Below, piece by piece: positions 52,561 through 64,000 of a DNA stretch of 64,000 nucleotides. This DNA comes from Octopus bimaculoides. Taxonomy: Eukaryota. The notes beneath the pieces are model-generated. The model saw nothing but the letters and a program-made list of their open reading frames with translations. It ran no database searches and was not told the origin of the DNA. Position 1 is the first letter of the stretch; the number at the start of each line of letters is the position of its first letter. Position numbers and translations under genes: made by a program. Location of the stretch: NCBI RefSeq assembly GCF_001194135.2, contig NC_068989.1:48959187-49023186 (forward strand), read 5' to 3'.

Positions 52561-53620
52561 GCAAGTAGCAGGGCTAGTTGATTACACTCATTCCAATGTT
52601 CAACTGGTCCTTATTTCATCAACCCCGAAAGAATGAAAAGCAAAACTGACCTTGGTCGAATTTGTACTCAGAATACAAAGACAGATAAAATGCCACTAAG
52701 CAATTTGTCTGTCATGCTAACAATTCTGCTAGTTCACTGCATTATTCTGTCAAATAAATATGGGTTTCAAATTTTACGCACAGGGCCAGCAGTTTTCACA
52801 GGGAGGTGAAAATAGATTACACTGATCCCCTGTACTTGACTGGTACTTATTCTATTGACCTTGAAAGGATGAAAGACAAAATTGACCTTGGTGGAATTTG
52901 AATTCAGTATGTAAGACCAGAAGTGCCACTAAGAATTTTGTCTGTCATGCTAACAATTCTAACAGCTCAACACCCTATTCTGTTAAATACTAATAAAAAT
53001 ATAATAAAATAAAAGAAAATAACTAATATGAAAAATACAATAACAGGAGAGCATCCCTGAATGACTTTGAGATTGAATATAATATCATCTAGACATTTTG
53101 GTAACTCATAGCTGACAGTGAACTACTATTAATCTAATTGTGTAAACAGTGAAGAAAAGTGTTACACCATCAGCACACTAGTGTTGAACCAATATGCACT
53201 GACACAGAGTTCACACATGCATAGACATGTAGAGAGATACACTGATAGACATACAGACATGTACAGTGGCAATATCAGATGTGGGTGAAATATAATAGAA
53301 AGAAAGAGAGGACAAACAGATATGAAAGGAAGAGAAAAATGTATGGTGTAAAAAAAAAATGATAATTACTATATATAAAATAGTATATATAAAAAAAGAT
53401 ATGTATTTGTATTCACATGCACAAAAACATACACGCACACATATATGCATACATAGATAAAAACACATACATAAACACACACACACACACACACACATAT
53501 ATATGTATATACACGTATACCTATATCCATATATATACATATAATCATGCATACTTATACTTATAAGCATGCAGACATATACCTATAAGCATGTATACAT
53601 ATACCTATATATATGCATAC

Positions 53621-53665
<45 letters not shown>

Positions 53666-54364
53666 ACATATATACATACATACATACCTGTATACATATG
53701 CACATAGACACACACAAACACACATATATGCTTGAGAGAGAGAGAGAGGGAGAGAGAGAGAGAGATTAGTGGGGTCCTAAAGAGAGAAACATGAGGGAAA
53801 ATAGAGGAATAGGCAAAAATAGGTAGAGATGCATAAAGAAAAATGTAGAGTAATTAGATAGAAAGATAGATAGGTAAATGGAAAGACAGAGAGTGATGCA
53901 AGCAGAAATACAAGGCAATATATATATATTGTATTTTTGTTTGCATATATTTTTATATTATTATATGCGTATAATATACATACATATAAAAATATAGCTC
54001 ATACATCTATGTGTAAATGTAATAAATGCATGTGTGTGTGTGTGTGTGTGTATGCATATATATTCATATATAAATATAAGCCGTTCATATTGATCAGACT
54101 TTCCACTGTGACATTGCTTTTCTCATTTTCTCCCTCCTTTCCCTTATCAAAAGGAAATGGTAGAGGGTGAAGTGGAAAGCAAAAAAATTATCCAGCTCTT
54201 GTAGCCAGACAGACTGATGCCAGGAAATTTACCAAACTAGGAAATAATTTACAGATGACCTGAATGATAGATCTACACCAATCAAAGATGATCAATTGAT
54301 ATTACACATCAAAAGCTTTGCTTAGAAAACAGACACAACACACACATACCCAGAAAATAGCACA

Positions 54365-54436
<72 letters not shown>

Positions 54437-55949
54437 GATATGTATGCAGATAACTGAGGTGGTTAATCCTGGATCCGCATGGATATGGCTTAAACAATAG
54501 GGATATATGTTTGTGCGTGTGTGTGTGTGTGCATGTGTATAGACACACATACATACCCATACACAAACATATACCCCCTCATATGCATACATACACACAC
54601 ATACAGATATATATATATTCACACACACATGCATGCACACACATAATGAAGAACTGAAAGGGAAGTCGCCAAAATTCAATTCTTTTTCAAAAGTATGAGA
54701 CATGTAGATGGCAATGTTTTTGGCATCAAAGATAAGAGATGAATAGAGTTTATTGATTTCATTATTTATCTCATTTCATTCTTTTTTTTCGACTTTTTTT
54801 AATCCTTTGTTCTTTCTTTTATTTAATATATATATATTTTTTTGTCTTGCGTAAAAACAACTAGCCTCACCAAAATGGAACAACACACAACCAACAAAGA
54901 CAAACCAAAATTCTTCACCACCAGCACCATCTCATAAACAATATGCAAAAGAAAAAAAAGTTTTAAATTTCTTTTATATTTTTTCAGTGGGGAGTGGGGA
55001 GAAAAGAGAATGAACAATTTTTATTTGTTTGTATAGTTATTCTNNNNNNNNNNAGTAAAAAGTAAACAAGAAAAATTGGAAAAAAACAAAAAAACAATAA
55101 ATCTATCCTTTAGCTGTCTGCAGACAAGAAGAATAATAGTTTTGGTTTTGTATTAAGTCACAGAATAACAACAATTTTTGTTGTTATTATTCTTCTCTTA
55201 ACTTTCTATTTTATTATTTTTTTTTTGTACTGAATGAAAGCATATGAAATAAAAAAAAGAAATCTTTATGGGATAGTTACAGCTAGATAATGATAATATT
55301 TGTAGTCATAGTAACTGATATAACAGTCAAACAAGAAAAGAAAGAAAAAAAATGATTAGAATAACAATGTAAAACAACTAACAATAATAACAATAAGGAA
55401 TATTAATAATGATAAGGATAACAATAATAATTTCTAGCAATGGTACAAAGTCACAAATTTTGGAAGAAAGGATTGATGCAATCAAACCACAACACCAGCG
55501 TTTGACTGGTGCTTCTTTCAACTGGCTCAGGTCTCAGGTAGGATGAAAGGCTAAATTAACTCCAGTCAGTTTTGAACACAACATAAAAGACAGCCACTTG
55601 AATTTAGTAAAGTATTATTTAGACCAGCACTCAGTTATTTAGGCCACATCAATATCCTGACAATAACGATAATGATAATTAATTGTTAAAGTACTGAGCC
55701 AACATTTCTAGGTTGATCAATGCTCACCTTCCAATCCAAAAAGAATTTGAGACAAACACATTTAACCCAGTCTTCTATTGTCATGAGCATTTTTTTAGCT
55801 ACTTTATTTACAGAAACAATGAATATATTACAAGTCACATAAACATATAAAGAGAAAAATATTGTCAGGTATTATTCTATTGACACAGTCTTTCTCTCAT
55901 ATATGTATGCACACACACAAACACACACACAAACACACACACAAACACA

Positions 55950-57086
55950 TTAGGTAGTTCTGAAAATAATGGCTGCTCTAAATACTGTATTTTGAAACAC
56001 AATTTTATCATAGTATTTTAATTATATTTTAGGTGAATTTCAACATACTTAATAATTGTTGTATGCTCTTTAATAATTTTCTACTAATTTCAGACAGAAA
56101 ACATAACAAAAAAAGGACCTTTGCTTATTTTTCTTGCATGAGTTCAAGCTTGGGCACATTGCCTCCCAAACCACTGCCAATATCAACAGAGCATGGGGAG
56201 AGGAGTCCACAAGTGATCACACAATACAAAGGTGGTTTCAGAAATTCTGTAGTGGTGATGAGAGCCTTGAAAATGAAGAAGGTAGAGGACGGTCATGCGG
56301 TCTTGACAATGATCAACTGAAAGCAATTGTTGAACAAAACCCACATTACAGTGTCAGAGAAATGTCTCAGGCACTTGGTGTCAGTATCGCAATGGTCTCA
56401 CACAATCTGCAGAAGATTGGTAAGGTGAAAAAGCTTTATAAATGGGTACCACATGAGCTCAATGAAAATCAAAAAGTTCAGTGTTTTGAAGTTTGCTCAA
56501 TGCTCTTTCTGCAAAACACCAATGATCTTTTTCTTGACCGAAGAGTCACTTGTGACAAAAAGTGGATCCTTTATGATAACCGTAAATGATCAGGTAATGG
56601 CTTGATCATGATGAGTCCTCCAAACATTTCCCAAAGTCAAAGTTGCATCAGCAAAAGATTATGGTGACTGTCTGGTGGTCTGTAATTGGTGTTGTTTATT
56701 ACAGCTTTCTAGAAGCCAATCAGAGCATTACAGCAGAGGTTTACTGCAAGCAACTTGCTGAAATGCATGCTCACTTGCAAAAAATGAGACCTGCATTGGT
56801 GAATCAGCATGACCCAATTCAGCTCCACGATATTGCAAGAATGACACTGCAAGAATGACACTGCAGAAACTCACAAACTTGGGATATGCAACTTTACCAC
56901 ATCCTCCATATTCTCCTGATCTTTCACCCACTGACTCCCATTTTTTAAAGTGTTTAAACACGTTTTTATGTGATAAAACTTTCAGGTCCAAACCAGAGTT
57001 GGAATCAGCTTTCAAAGATTTCTATTGTTGATTTTTCCAGAATAAAATTGTTTCTGAAATCGGCCATTATTTTCGGAACAACCTAA
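55950..57086 (+). mobile_element. mariner DNA transposon (Hsmar1/cecropia-like), both TIRs present, transposase disrupted
   Basis: TIRs TTAGGTAGTTCTGAAAATAATGGCTG / CGGCCATTATTTTCGGAACAACCTAA followed by TA. Motifs WVPHEL, TCDKKWILYDN, LHD and PYSPDLSPTD. TGA at 56587, a 14-bp tandem duplication at 56834-56861, and a 1137-bp length shorter than a typical ~1.3-kb mariner. Confidence 0.92.
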
Positions 57087-57211
57087 TATATATATAGTGC
57101 CAGTGTCACATAGAAAGCAGTCAGCGGCAGAAACCAAGCCAAATCAGACTGGAACCTGGTATAGCTTTCCAGCTTGCCAGCATGGAAAACAGATGTTAAA
57201 GGATGATGATG

Positions 57212-57243
<32 letters not shown>

Positions 57244-57374
57244 GATATAGGATGTTGTGTAAAGCATGTCCACAGTTATTGGCTGCCTGATGTCAACATC
57301 AGTAGTGATGCATAGGCTACTGGTTTTACTTCAGGAATTTCTTGTTGTTCATGAAGTTTATATAAATAGACGAG

Positions 57375-57730
57375 AGACTGAAGTACGAATTCATGAGATT
57401 CTTTATTCAAATCCACTGCAGTTGTTTTGACTCATCCTGTATCTCTAACTCACAGGTGAGGTGCTGTACAATCAATTGTCTTGCATCACAGGTGCAGGTA
57501 GGTTGTGTCTCCTCGGATGACTTTTTAACCAAGTACCTAGCTTGGCTGAAATGGAGAGAAGAAAGAGCAGGATACTTGTTCAAAAAGTCACCTGAAGAGA
57601 CACAATCTGCATCTGTGATGCAAAACATTTGATTTTACAGCATCTCACCTGTGAAGTACAGATGCACGAGGAGTTGAAACAACTGTAGTGAGTTTGAATA
57701 AAGAACCTCGTTAATTCCGTTTACTGTCAC
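57375..57730. repeat. Imperfect ~160-bp inverted repeat (foldback) built from two opposite hammerhead-bearing units
   Basis: The left arm GAGATTCTTTATTCAAA...CACAGGTGAG...TTGCATCACAG...GACTTTTTAACCAAGTA is reverse-complement similar to the right arm; spacer ~25-30 bp. Confidence 0.85.
57586..57693 (+). ncRNA. Type I hammerhead motif with expanded stem II
   Basis: UCAC-CUGAAGA-GAC...(~70 nt)...GUU-GAAA-CAACUG-UA-GUGA. Stem I is UCAC/GUGA; GUA cleavage triplet. Confidence 0.6.
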
Positions 57731-57782
57731 TGAACTATGTATCTATATAAATCCATCTATCTATCTATCTATCTATCTACAC

Positions 57783-57864
<82 letters not shown>

Positions 57865-58821
57865 AGAGAGAGAGATTGTATCATCAGACAGTATATGTAC
57901 TACTAGGTACAGAAAAGAACAACCCTATATCATTTATATATAAATTATATTATCAGACAGTGTATGTACTAACTAATGACAGACAGAACACGCCTTCAAT
58001 GGAACTTGTATCTATCATCTCTGAGATGTCTGTGTTATCAACTTCTCTCTGTAAAATTAGGTATAGGTGTTTTACTTATGATATATATTAATACTTTAAT
58101 ACTTTTGTTGTTTAATTTGACAGAGAGAAACACAATAGTTCCTGTATGATCTAATTATTAATACAATGGCCTAGAACATTACAAGGTCTGAGTTCTGCTA
58201 GACTGTCAGTTCTCTTTTCTGTCCCAAATTGGTTCTTATAATGTCTTTATCATCGTTGTCATCGTCATTGTCATCATCATCATTTTAACATACACTTTTC
58301 CATGCTTGCATGGGTAAGAGGGACTTTATTGAGATGAATTTTCTACAGCCGAATGCCTTTCCTATCACCAACCCTAACCTGATTCCAAGCAAGTTTGTAT
58401 CTCCCCATGATCAAATATGTTTTCAAAGAATACTTGAAATGGATGACATTCATTTACAGATATCACACCATGTCAAGACAAAGAGACGCTCACATATACA
58501 CACTTACACATTACACACCCACACACACACATATGCCATTGTATCATATATCGAAAAAGAAGTACAATCTAAAGCATAGAGCAGTAATATATTTATATGC
58601 AGTTAAGTATATGTCCCATAGACAACTTCTCAGACTCTGAAGCCGAAGACATATAAGAGACCGTCATGAATTCCTACCTTCCAGCCAGAGTTGAAGGACC
58701 ATAACGGATTCCTACCTCCCAGATTTGAAGAATTATATGCCTTCGGCTGATGAGTCATCAATGGGACTAAACCCTTTATGGATTTGCAACCAGGATATAT
58801 ACTTAACTGCATGTAATGGAG

Positions 58822-59035
58822 ATAAGGCGGCAAGCTGGAAGAATCGTTAGCACACTGGACAAAATGCTTAGCAGCGTTCTGTCCATCTTTACATTCTCAG
58901 TTTAAATTCAGCTGAGGTTGGCTTTGCTCTTCATCCTTTGGTGGGTGGATAAAATGAGTAGTGGTGGAGCACTGTGGTCGATGTAATCGACTTACCCCAA
59001 CCCTGAAATTGCAGGCCTTGTGCCAAAATTTGAAA
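58822..59035 (+). mobile_element. Family-A SINE
   Basis: AAGGCGGCAAGCTGGAAGAATCGTTAGCA head; GGTCGATGTAATCGACTTACCCC. Confidence 0.75.
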
Positions 59036-59520
59036 CATATATATATATATAAAATAGTGCAATACAAGAATATTGTTTTCCAGTAAAATAAAGCATCATA
59101 TGGCTAAAGTATAAACATAAATATAGAATGGTGGTACAACAATGCACCAATATTTACTGAAAATAACAGTTGATAATATACAACGCTATAATAAAGCTTC
59201 ACTGTATATACTGGCAAAGATGTATGCGGGTGGCAAACATAAGAAATTTCATTTAACCTGTATGAAGAACGTTAGATAAATGTCCAACTCTTGTATTGCA
59301 CTATTTAAAATTTTTCTTTGAACCTTTTTCACTGTTATATGCATTCTTAGATTACAACAGAGTAAAAAGCCACCATCTTTAAGCAAATTCTAAACACAAA
59401 TAGATGTAAGGTAAAATTAAAGATGACCCATTCACCAACTCTAATGATCATCAATTGTTCATCATGGTAGTTGGTGAATGAATGATCTTCTGGTTTTACC
59501 TTCCATGTTTAGGAATTTAA

Positions 59521-59605
59521 AATTCACCTGATGATGGCAGTTTTTTGCGCTGAAGTAATCTAAGAATGCGTCAATAAAATGCAGCTGAAACAGCTGTTGT
59601 GAATT
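59521..59605 (+). ncRNA. Type I hammerhead motif next to (TA)n
   Basis: AAUUCAC-CUGAUGA-(52 nt)-GAAA-CAGCUG-UU-GUGAAUU: 7-bp stem I, palindromic stem III ACAGCUGU and a GUU triplet. The stem II base is imperfect. Confidence 0.65.
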
Positions 59606-59627
59606 CTGAACCCCACTTTTGTTCTTC

Positions 59628-59722
<95 letters not shown>

Positions 59723-61384
59723 ATCACTGTTTTCATGTCCACTTTTCTCTACATGCAACGGTTAGACAAAATCGTTGGCAAAAAACAGAAGATCATGTAG
59801 TGGGATGGGTAGACCCTACAGTCTTGCCGAGGATATAACCTCTACACTGTTGGTGGTAACATAAAATGTATCCTGAACATTTTGTAAAGTGGTTGATGAC
59901 AAGAAGGGAGTCTTGCCATAAAAACCATGACAAAATTGAAATAGATGAGCGAGACATAATCCCCCAACCTATCTAGGAGGCAGTAATTCTCGAAAGTCCT
60001 GTCCAATTTAAGGCAGCATGGAAATCAGATACAAAGCAATTATAATTGATATTATATTGATTGATTGATATATAAATATTTGAAGAGTTAGTAGTGAAAG
60101 TAGCGACCACTATCAAATACAAAACACAAGTTATAATGAAACACTAAGAGTAAATGTACTTTTATGATTTTATATTAAAACAACAAGAATGAGAATGGAG
60201 AAAATCAAATCTTTAATTGCTGATTACACAATATATTATTGACAATTATTTCTATGGTACCAGCATATTTAGATACAGAAAATGATGTAAAATACCAGTC
60301 AAATTAATATATCTGAAAATATATGCTAACAACATTATCAAGGCAACCCATTAAATAGTTCTTCAAGATCAAGCTGATGGAAACAAAAGAAATGTAATAT
60401 GGATGATACATATTGCAATAAAGGAAATAACCTGAGAATAATAGATTGTTTCACTGATACTTGGTGCACCGAGGTCAACTTTGCTGGTCACCTTTGCAGT
60501 GTTGATGAAAAAGTATCATTCCAGTGTGGTGAACTGGTAGAATTGTGAGAACATTAGACCAGATGCTTTCCAGTATTTGTTCCACCTGTTTGTGCACTGA
60601 GTTCAAATCTTGTCATGGACTACTTGGATGGTGAGCATAATCTGTTGTTCTGTATATAGCCACCAACTGGCATTTTAAGTGCTTTTAGCAAAGTCTATTA
60701 TTCTATTGCAAGCAATCAGACAAGATCTTCTCCATCAAACCCATAAATCTTAGAAATCCTTTAAGGGGTCATGGACACTGTCTTTGCTCCCAGACTAAAA
60801 GATTAAAAAAGCAAACAAAAAGGTAAAAACAAAAGTGAAAGGAGTTTCGCATCAAATGCAGACAACACTGCATAAAAAAGTTTTTGACAAACGCTTTTAC
60901 GTAAAATTAGCATCAGAAGGCAGACACTAAACAGAAGCCCATTTATAAAATGGTTTTAATAGGAGTAAATGTATATACCTCAAAGCAAACCATGAAAAAT
61001 TGCAGCAGATAGCAAATAACCATAGAAAAAGAAAATACACAGCAAATGTTAAACACCACTTGCAAAATAGTTGTAAGCATATAACCTTTGGGAAAATTGT
61101 TACTGTTCTAAATCTAATATCCAGTACATAACCTCATTCTTTACTTCTGCCAATAATTTCAATCATTTAAACAAACCATAATAGTGAGCACCATACTGGA
61201 GTATGTCACTTCTATACATTTAATTGGACTTTGGGTGGGTTACTATTCTGGTTACTTTTTCTTACATAAGCATTTTGGGAATTCTTCAAATTTTATTCTT
61301 TCCCTCTTTTTCTACTGAATGCTTCACTAATTTATTTAAAAATGCATTCATATTCCATCAGGAAACTAACAGAGATATGAACAG

Positions 61385-61685
61385 TTAATTTTCTATATGT
61401 CCAAATGCTTTTTCTACAACATCATCATGATCATCACCATTATCATTATCATCCGCAACTTCACTATCAATATCATTAGCAACTTCATCATCATAACTAA
61501 CAGCATCATCATCAACTTCAAGTTCAGTGTACTGAAATAAATAAATAATAAGTACAATCTTACTTAGTGTTGTATTGATTTTTTCCCTTTCCTTTTTTAT
61601 TTTGCTTCTATTGGTCACTTTTGTTTCTTGATACAATAATCTCTTGAAGCGCCAAATCTTGTTAAAAATAGCTTCTCTGTCTAGA
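61385..61685 (-). CDS. Weak candidate terminal exon with an Asp-rich tail
   Basis: About 100 open codons (DREAIFNKIWRFKRLL...YTELEVDDDAVSYDDEVANDIDSEVADD...GHIEN*), with AG acceptors before 61679 and 61531. The second half may be a degenerate (GAT)n tract. Confidence 0.25.
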
Positions 61686-62224
61686 AGAATGATCTACAGC
61701 ACTTTTTTTTTCCAGCTTGCAATGCAAAACTAATTTGGTTGAAAGCAAGTGATGATGATGGTAATGCTGGTGGTGGTGGTGATGATGATGATGATGATGA
61801 TATCAATAGCCCATTTATTTTATTTCATGTTTTTTTTTTTTGGTATTTTGTTTAATTATATATTTTTTATAAATGGGACAACTTTCAGCTAAGTATATCA
61901 GTAATATTGAAAGGTAAAAAGAGTAATTGTAATTTAAACTGACCAAATGAAAGATTCCCTTTCATCAGGCCCATTTATGGAAGAATGAGAATTTCTTAAG
62001 AAAATCCTTTTATTTTCGTTACATTTCTTACATCATTTATTTTAAGTGATTGAAGAAAGAAACATTATATGACATGCATGTGTATTTGTGTGTGCACATG
62101 TGAATGTTAAGCTATTCATTCCCCATTTTTACTTTAGATAATATTTTCAAAAATAACATGTTATTGCTCAGACGTTAAATAAACTGGTAGAACTTCTCAT
62201 AAGGTAAGGGTATGCAAAGGCTCA

Positions 62225-62620
62225 ATTACACAGAGTAGTCTTCTATACAGAGCTGAGACTTTGACAATGAAGAAGGAGCTTGAAAATCGTTTTGGTGTTA
62301 TGTACACCAGACTTCCTACAAAGACATAAAACATCTTATGGCATAAACACATGACTAAAGAAGAGATTTATGAACACAGTTCACCCATTTCTATTATCAC
62401 TGAACATAGGGTAGGCTTTACTGGTCACTGATATCATGCTGAATACTAACAAGCCATACCAGATGTTACATTTTGAAGATTTCTGCACCCCAGAGGACAA
62501 AGACCACTGGACAACATTGATGCTAATGGCAGAGAAATAAAACATGAAATTAGGGAGCTTCCAAAGCTAATGAAGGGTAGAAATTCATGATGTATTGCAA
62601 TGACGTGCATCTTGGTTGCA
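62225..62620 (+). mobile_element. Decayed RTE-like LINE 3' end
   Basis: LLYRAETLTM...MYTRL...LWHKHMTKEEIY...GFTGH...RGQRP remnants. Confidence 0.65.
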
Positions 62621-64000
62621 ACCACTTGAAGAAAATATATCTCAGAGTTGAAGTGAGCTTCATTTGATAAAAGAATATAGTAATTTGTTTGAAGTTTTGC
62701 AATATGTGTAAATGAAATAAATGCTTGAAGGAACCTTTGAGTTATGCAGGTGAGAAATTAACCAAAATATGTAAAGTGATGACAATGAATGCGTCAAAGA
62801 GAAAAGACACCTTGCATAGGTTGTTTATTGATCCAATAATATTTCAAGAAAAATTTCCTTTTTTCAACTAGAAGAAAGAAAATAATCAATGAGTTCAGGT
62901 TTCAGGGAAATGTACTGTCAGCAACAGGCCATTAATACAATATCTTTTCTCTTTGTTTTCATTCACTGACATCACTTTATATATTTTGTGTAATTGCAAA
63001 GGGATTTTTTTTCAAGTATCTCATTTAAGCTTTATTTGGTGCAACACATAACCTGCTTGGTTTATCCATTAACCTAAAATACTGATTGGAACTGATATAC
63101 TGAATATTAAACTTAAAAGGGACAAACTAAGCCTGGTAGCCTCTTCATGAATGAATGAACACTGTATCTTTATGATCTGTAGAGACTATCTATCAAAACA
63201 ACAAACTCCTTGGATGATGACCCTAAACTTATCCCAAGATATCTAAACACATGGTCAGATACATAATATTTCTGCTGTTGAAGCTATGCTTACTTGTGAT
63301 ACAAATTTATAGTTTGGTAGATTGCTTTATTGAAAATTAAATTATTTTTCCAGGTGCATAGTGCAGAAATAAAATGAATTCACTATTCAAGATTATTAAA
63401 ATGAACCATTAATATGATTAGTGATGACACGAACGACCTTTTGAAACTATATTTCATGAAAATGTTACACATAAGATACATTTGACTATTCATTAGGTTT
63501 GAACATTTATTAATTTGCTTTAGGCTTCAGCAAAAATATATATTTTACATTTAAAAAGATTGCACATCTGTGGCTGTGGGTTAAAAAGTTCACTTTTGCA
63601 AGCATTTCATGTTCTACTCCTACAACATGGCATCTTTGGCAACTTCCTTTTCAGAGTGCCCAAAACCTTGTGGCAGAAATCTGGTACCATGGAAATATGT
63701 GAAGACCACTCAGAGGATCATTCTTGCTTTTAGGTGGTGGACTTAATCTGCCAGCCACTGTAACACTGCCTTGTGCGCCTTTAGTTGAGTCTACTCTGCT
63801 GAAAACATTCAGACCAAGTCTCTAGCCTGAAAGTAACATCTCCAACAGATTATGGTGGTCCTCAAAACAGTTATGGGCACTGCTTTACCCTCTTTGAATA
63901 AATCCATTGAAAACATCTACCACTGGTTACTCATTTGGATTATAAAAATATGGTGACAGGCTTGGCGTGTTGCAGGGGTTATGCTAAAGACATACATTTC

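Noticed and set aside
60650-60800. Strong minus-strand acceptor TTTTTTAATCTTTTAG
   Set aside because: All three frames stop within 15 codons.

Overview
AT-rich, microsatellite-dense eukaryotic DNA with six N gaps. It is mostly intronic or intergenic and heavily covered by repeats. The tRNA-headed SINE families and repeat landscape suggest an octopus or other coleoid cephalopod genome (inference, no database search run). Only one exon is well supported as coding: 9178-9447 on the minus strand, the start of a type II membrane protein that may be NAALADase/transferrin-receptor-like. A few other exons are weak candidates. The largest element is a 3.76-kb Penelope-like retroelement (PLE, probably Naiad-type; 30483-34245, minus). 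It has a decayed RT plus GIY-YIG ORF, identical 54-bp terminal repeats, a putative retained 5' UTR intron and a hammerhead ribozyme. By eye I found three more hammerhead motifs (41.3, 57.6 and 59.5 kb). The 57.6-kb motif has a degenerate inverted partner, forming a ~350-bp foldback. The window also holds a mariner relic, RTE- and CRE-like LINE 3' ends, hAT- and piggyBac-like MITEs, many SINEs, two minisatellites and a possible recursive splice site. Repeat boundaries are approximate, read by eye.
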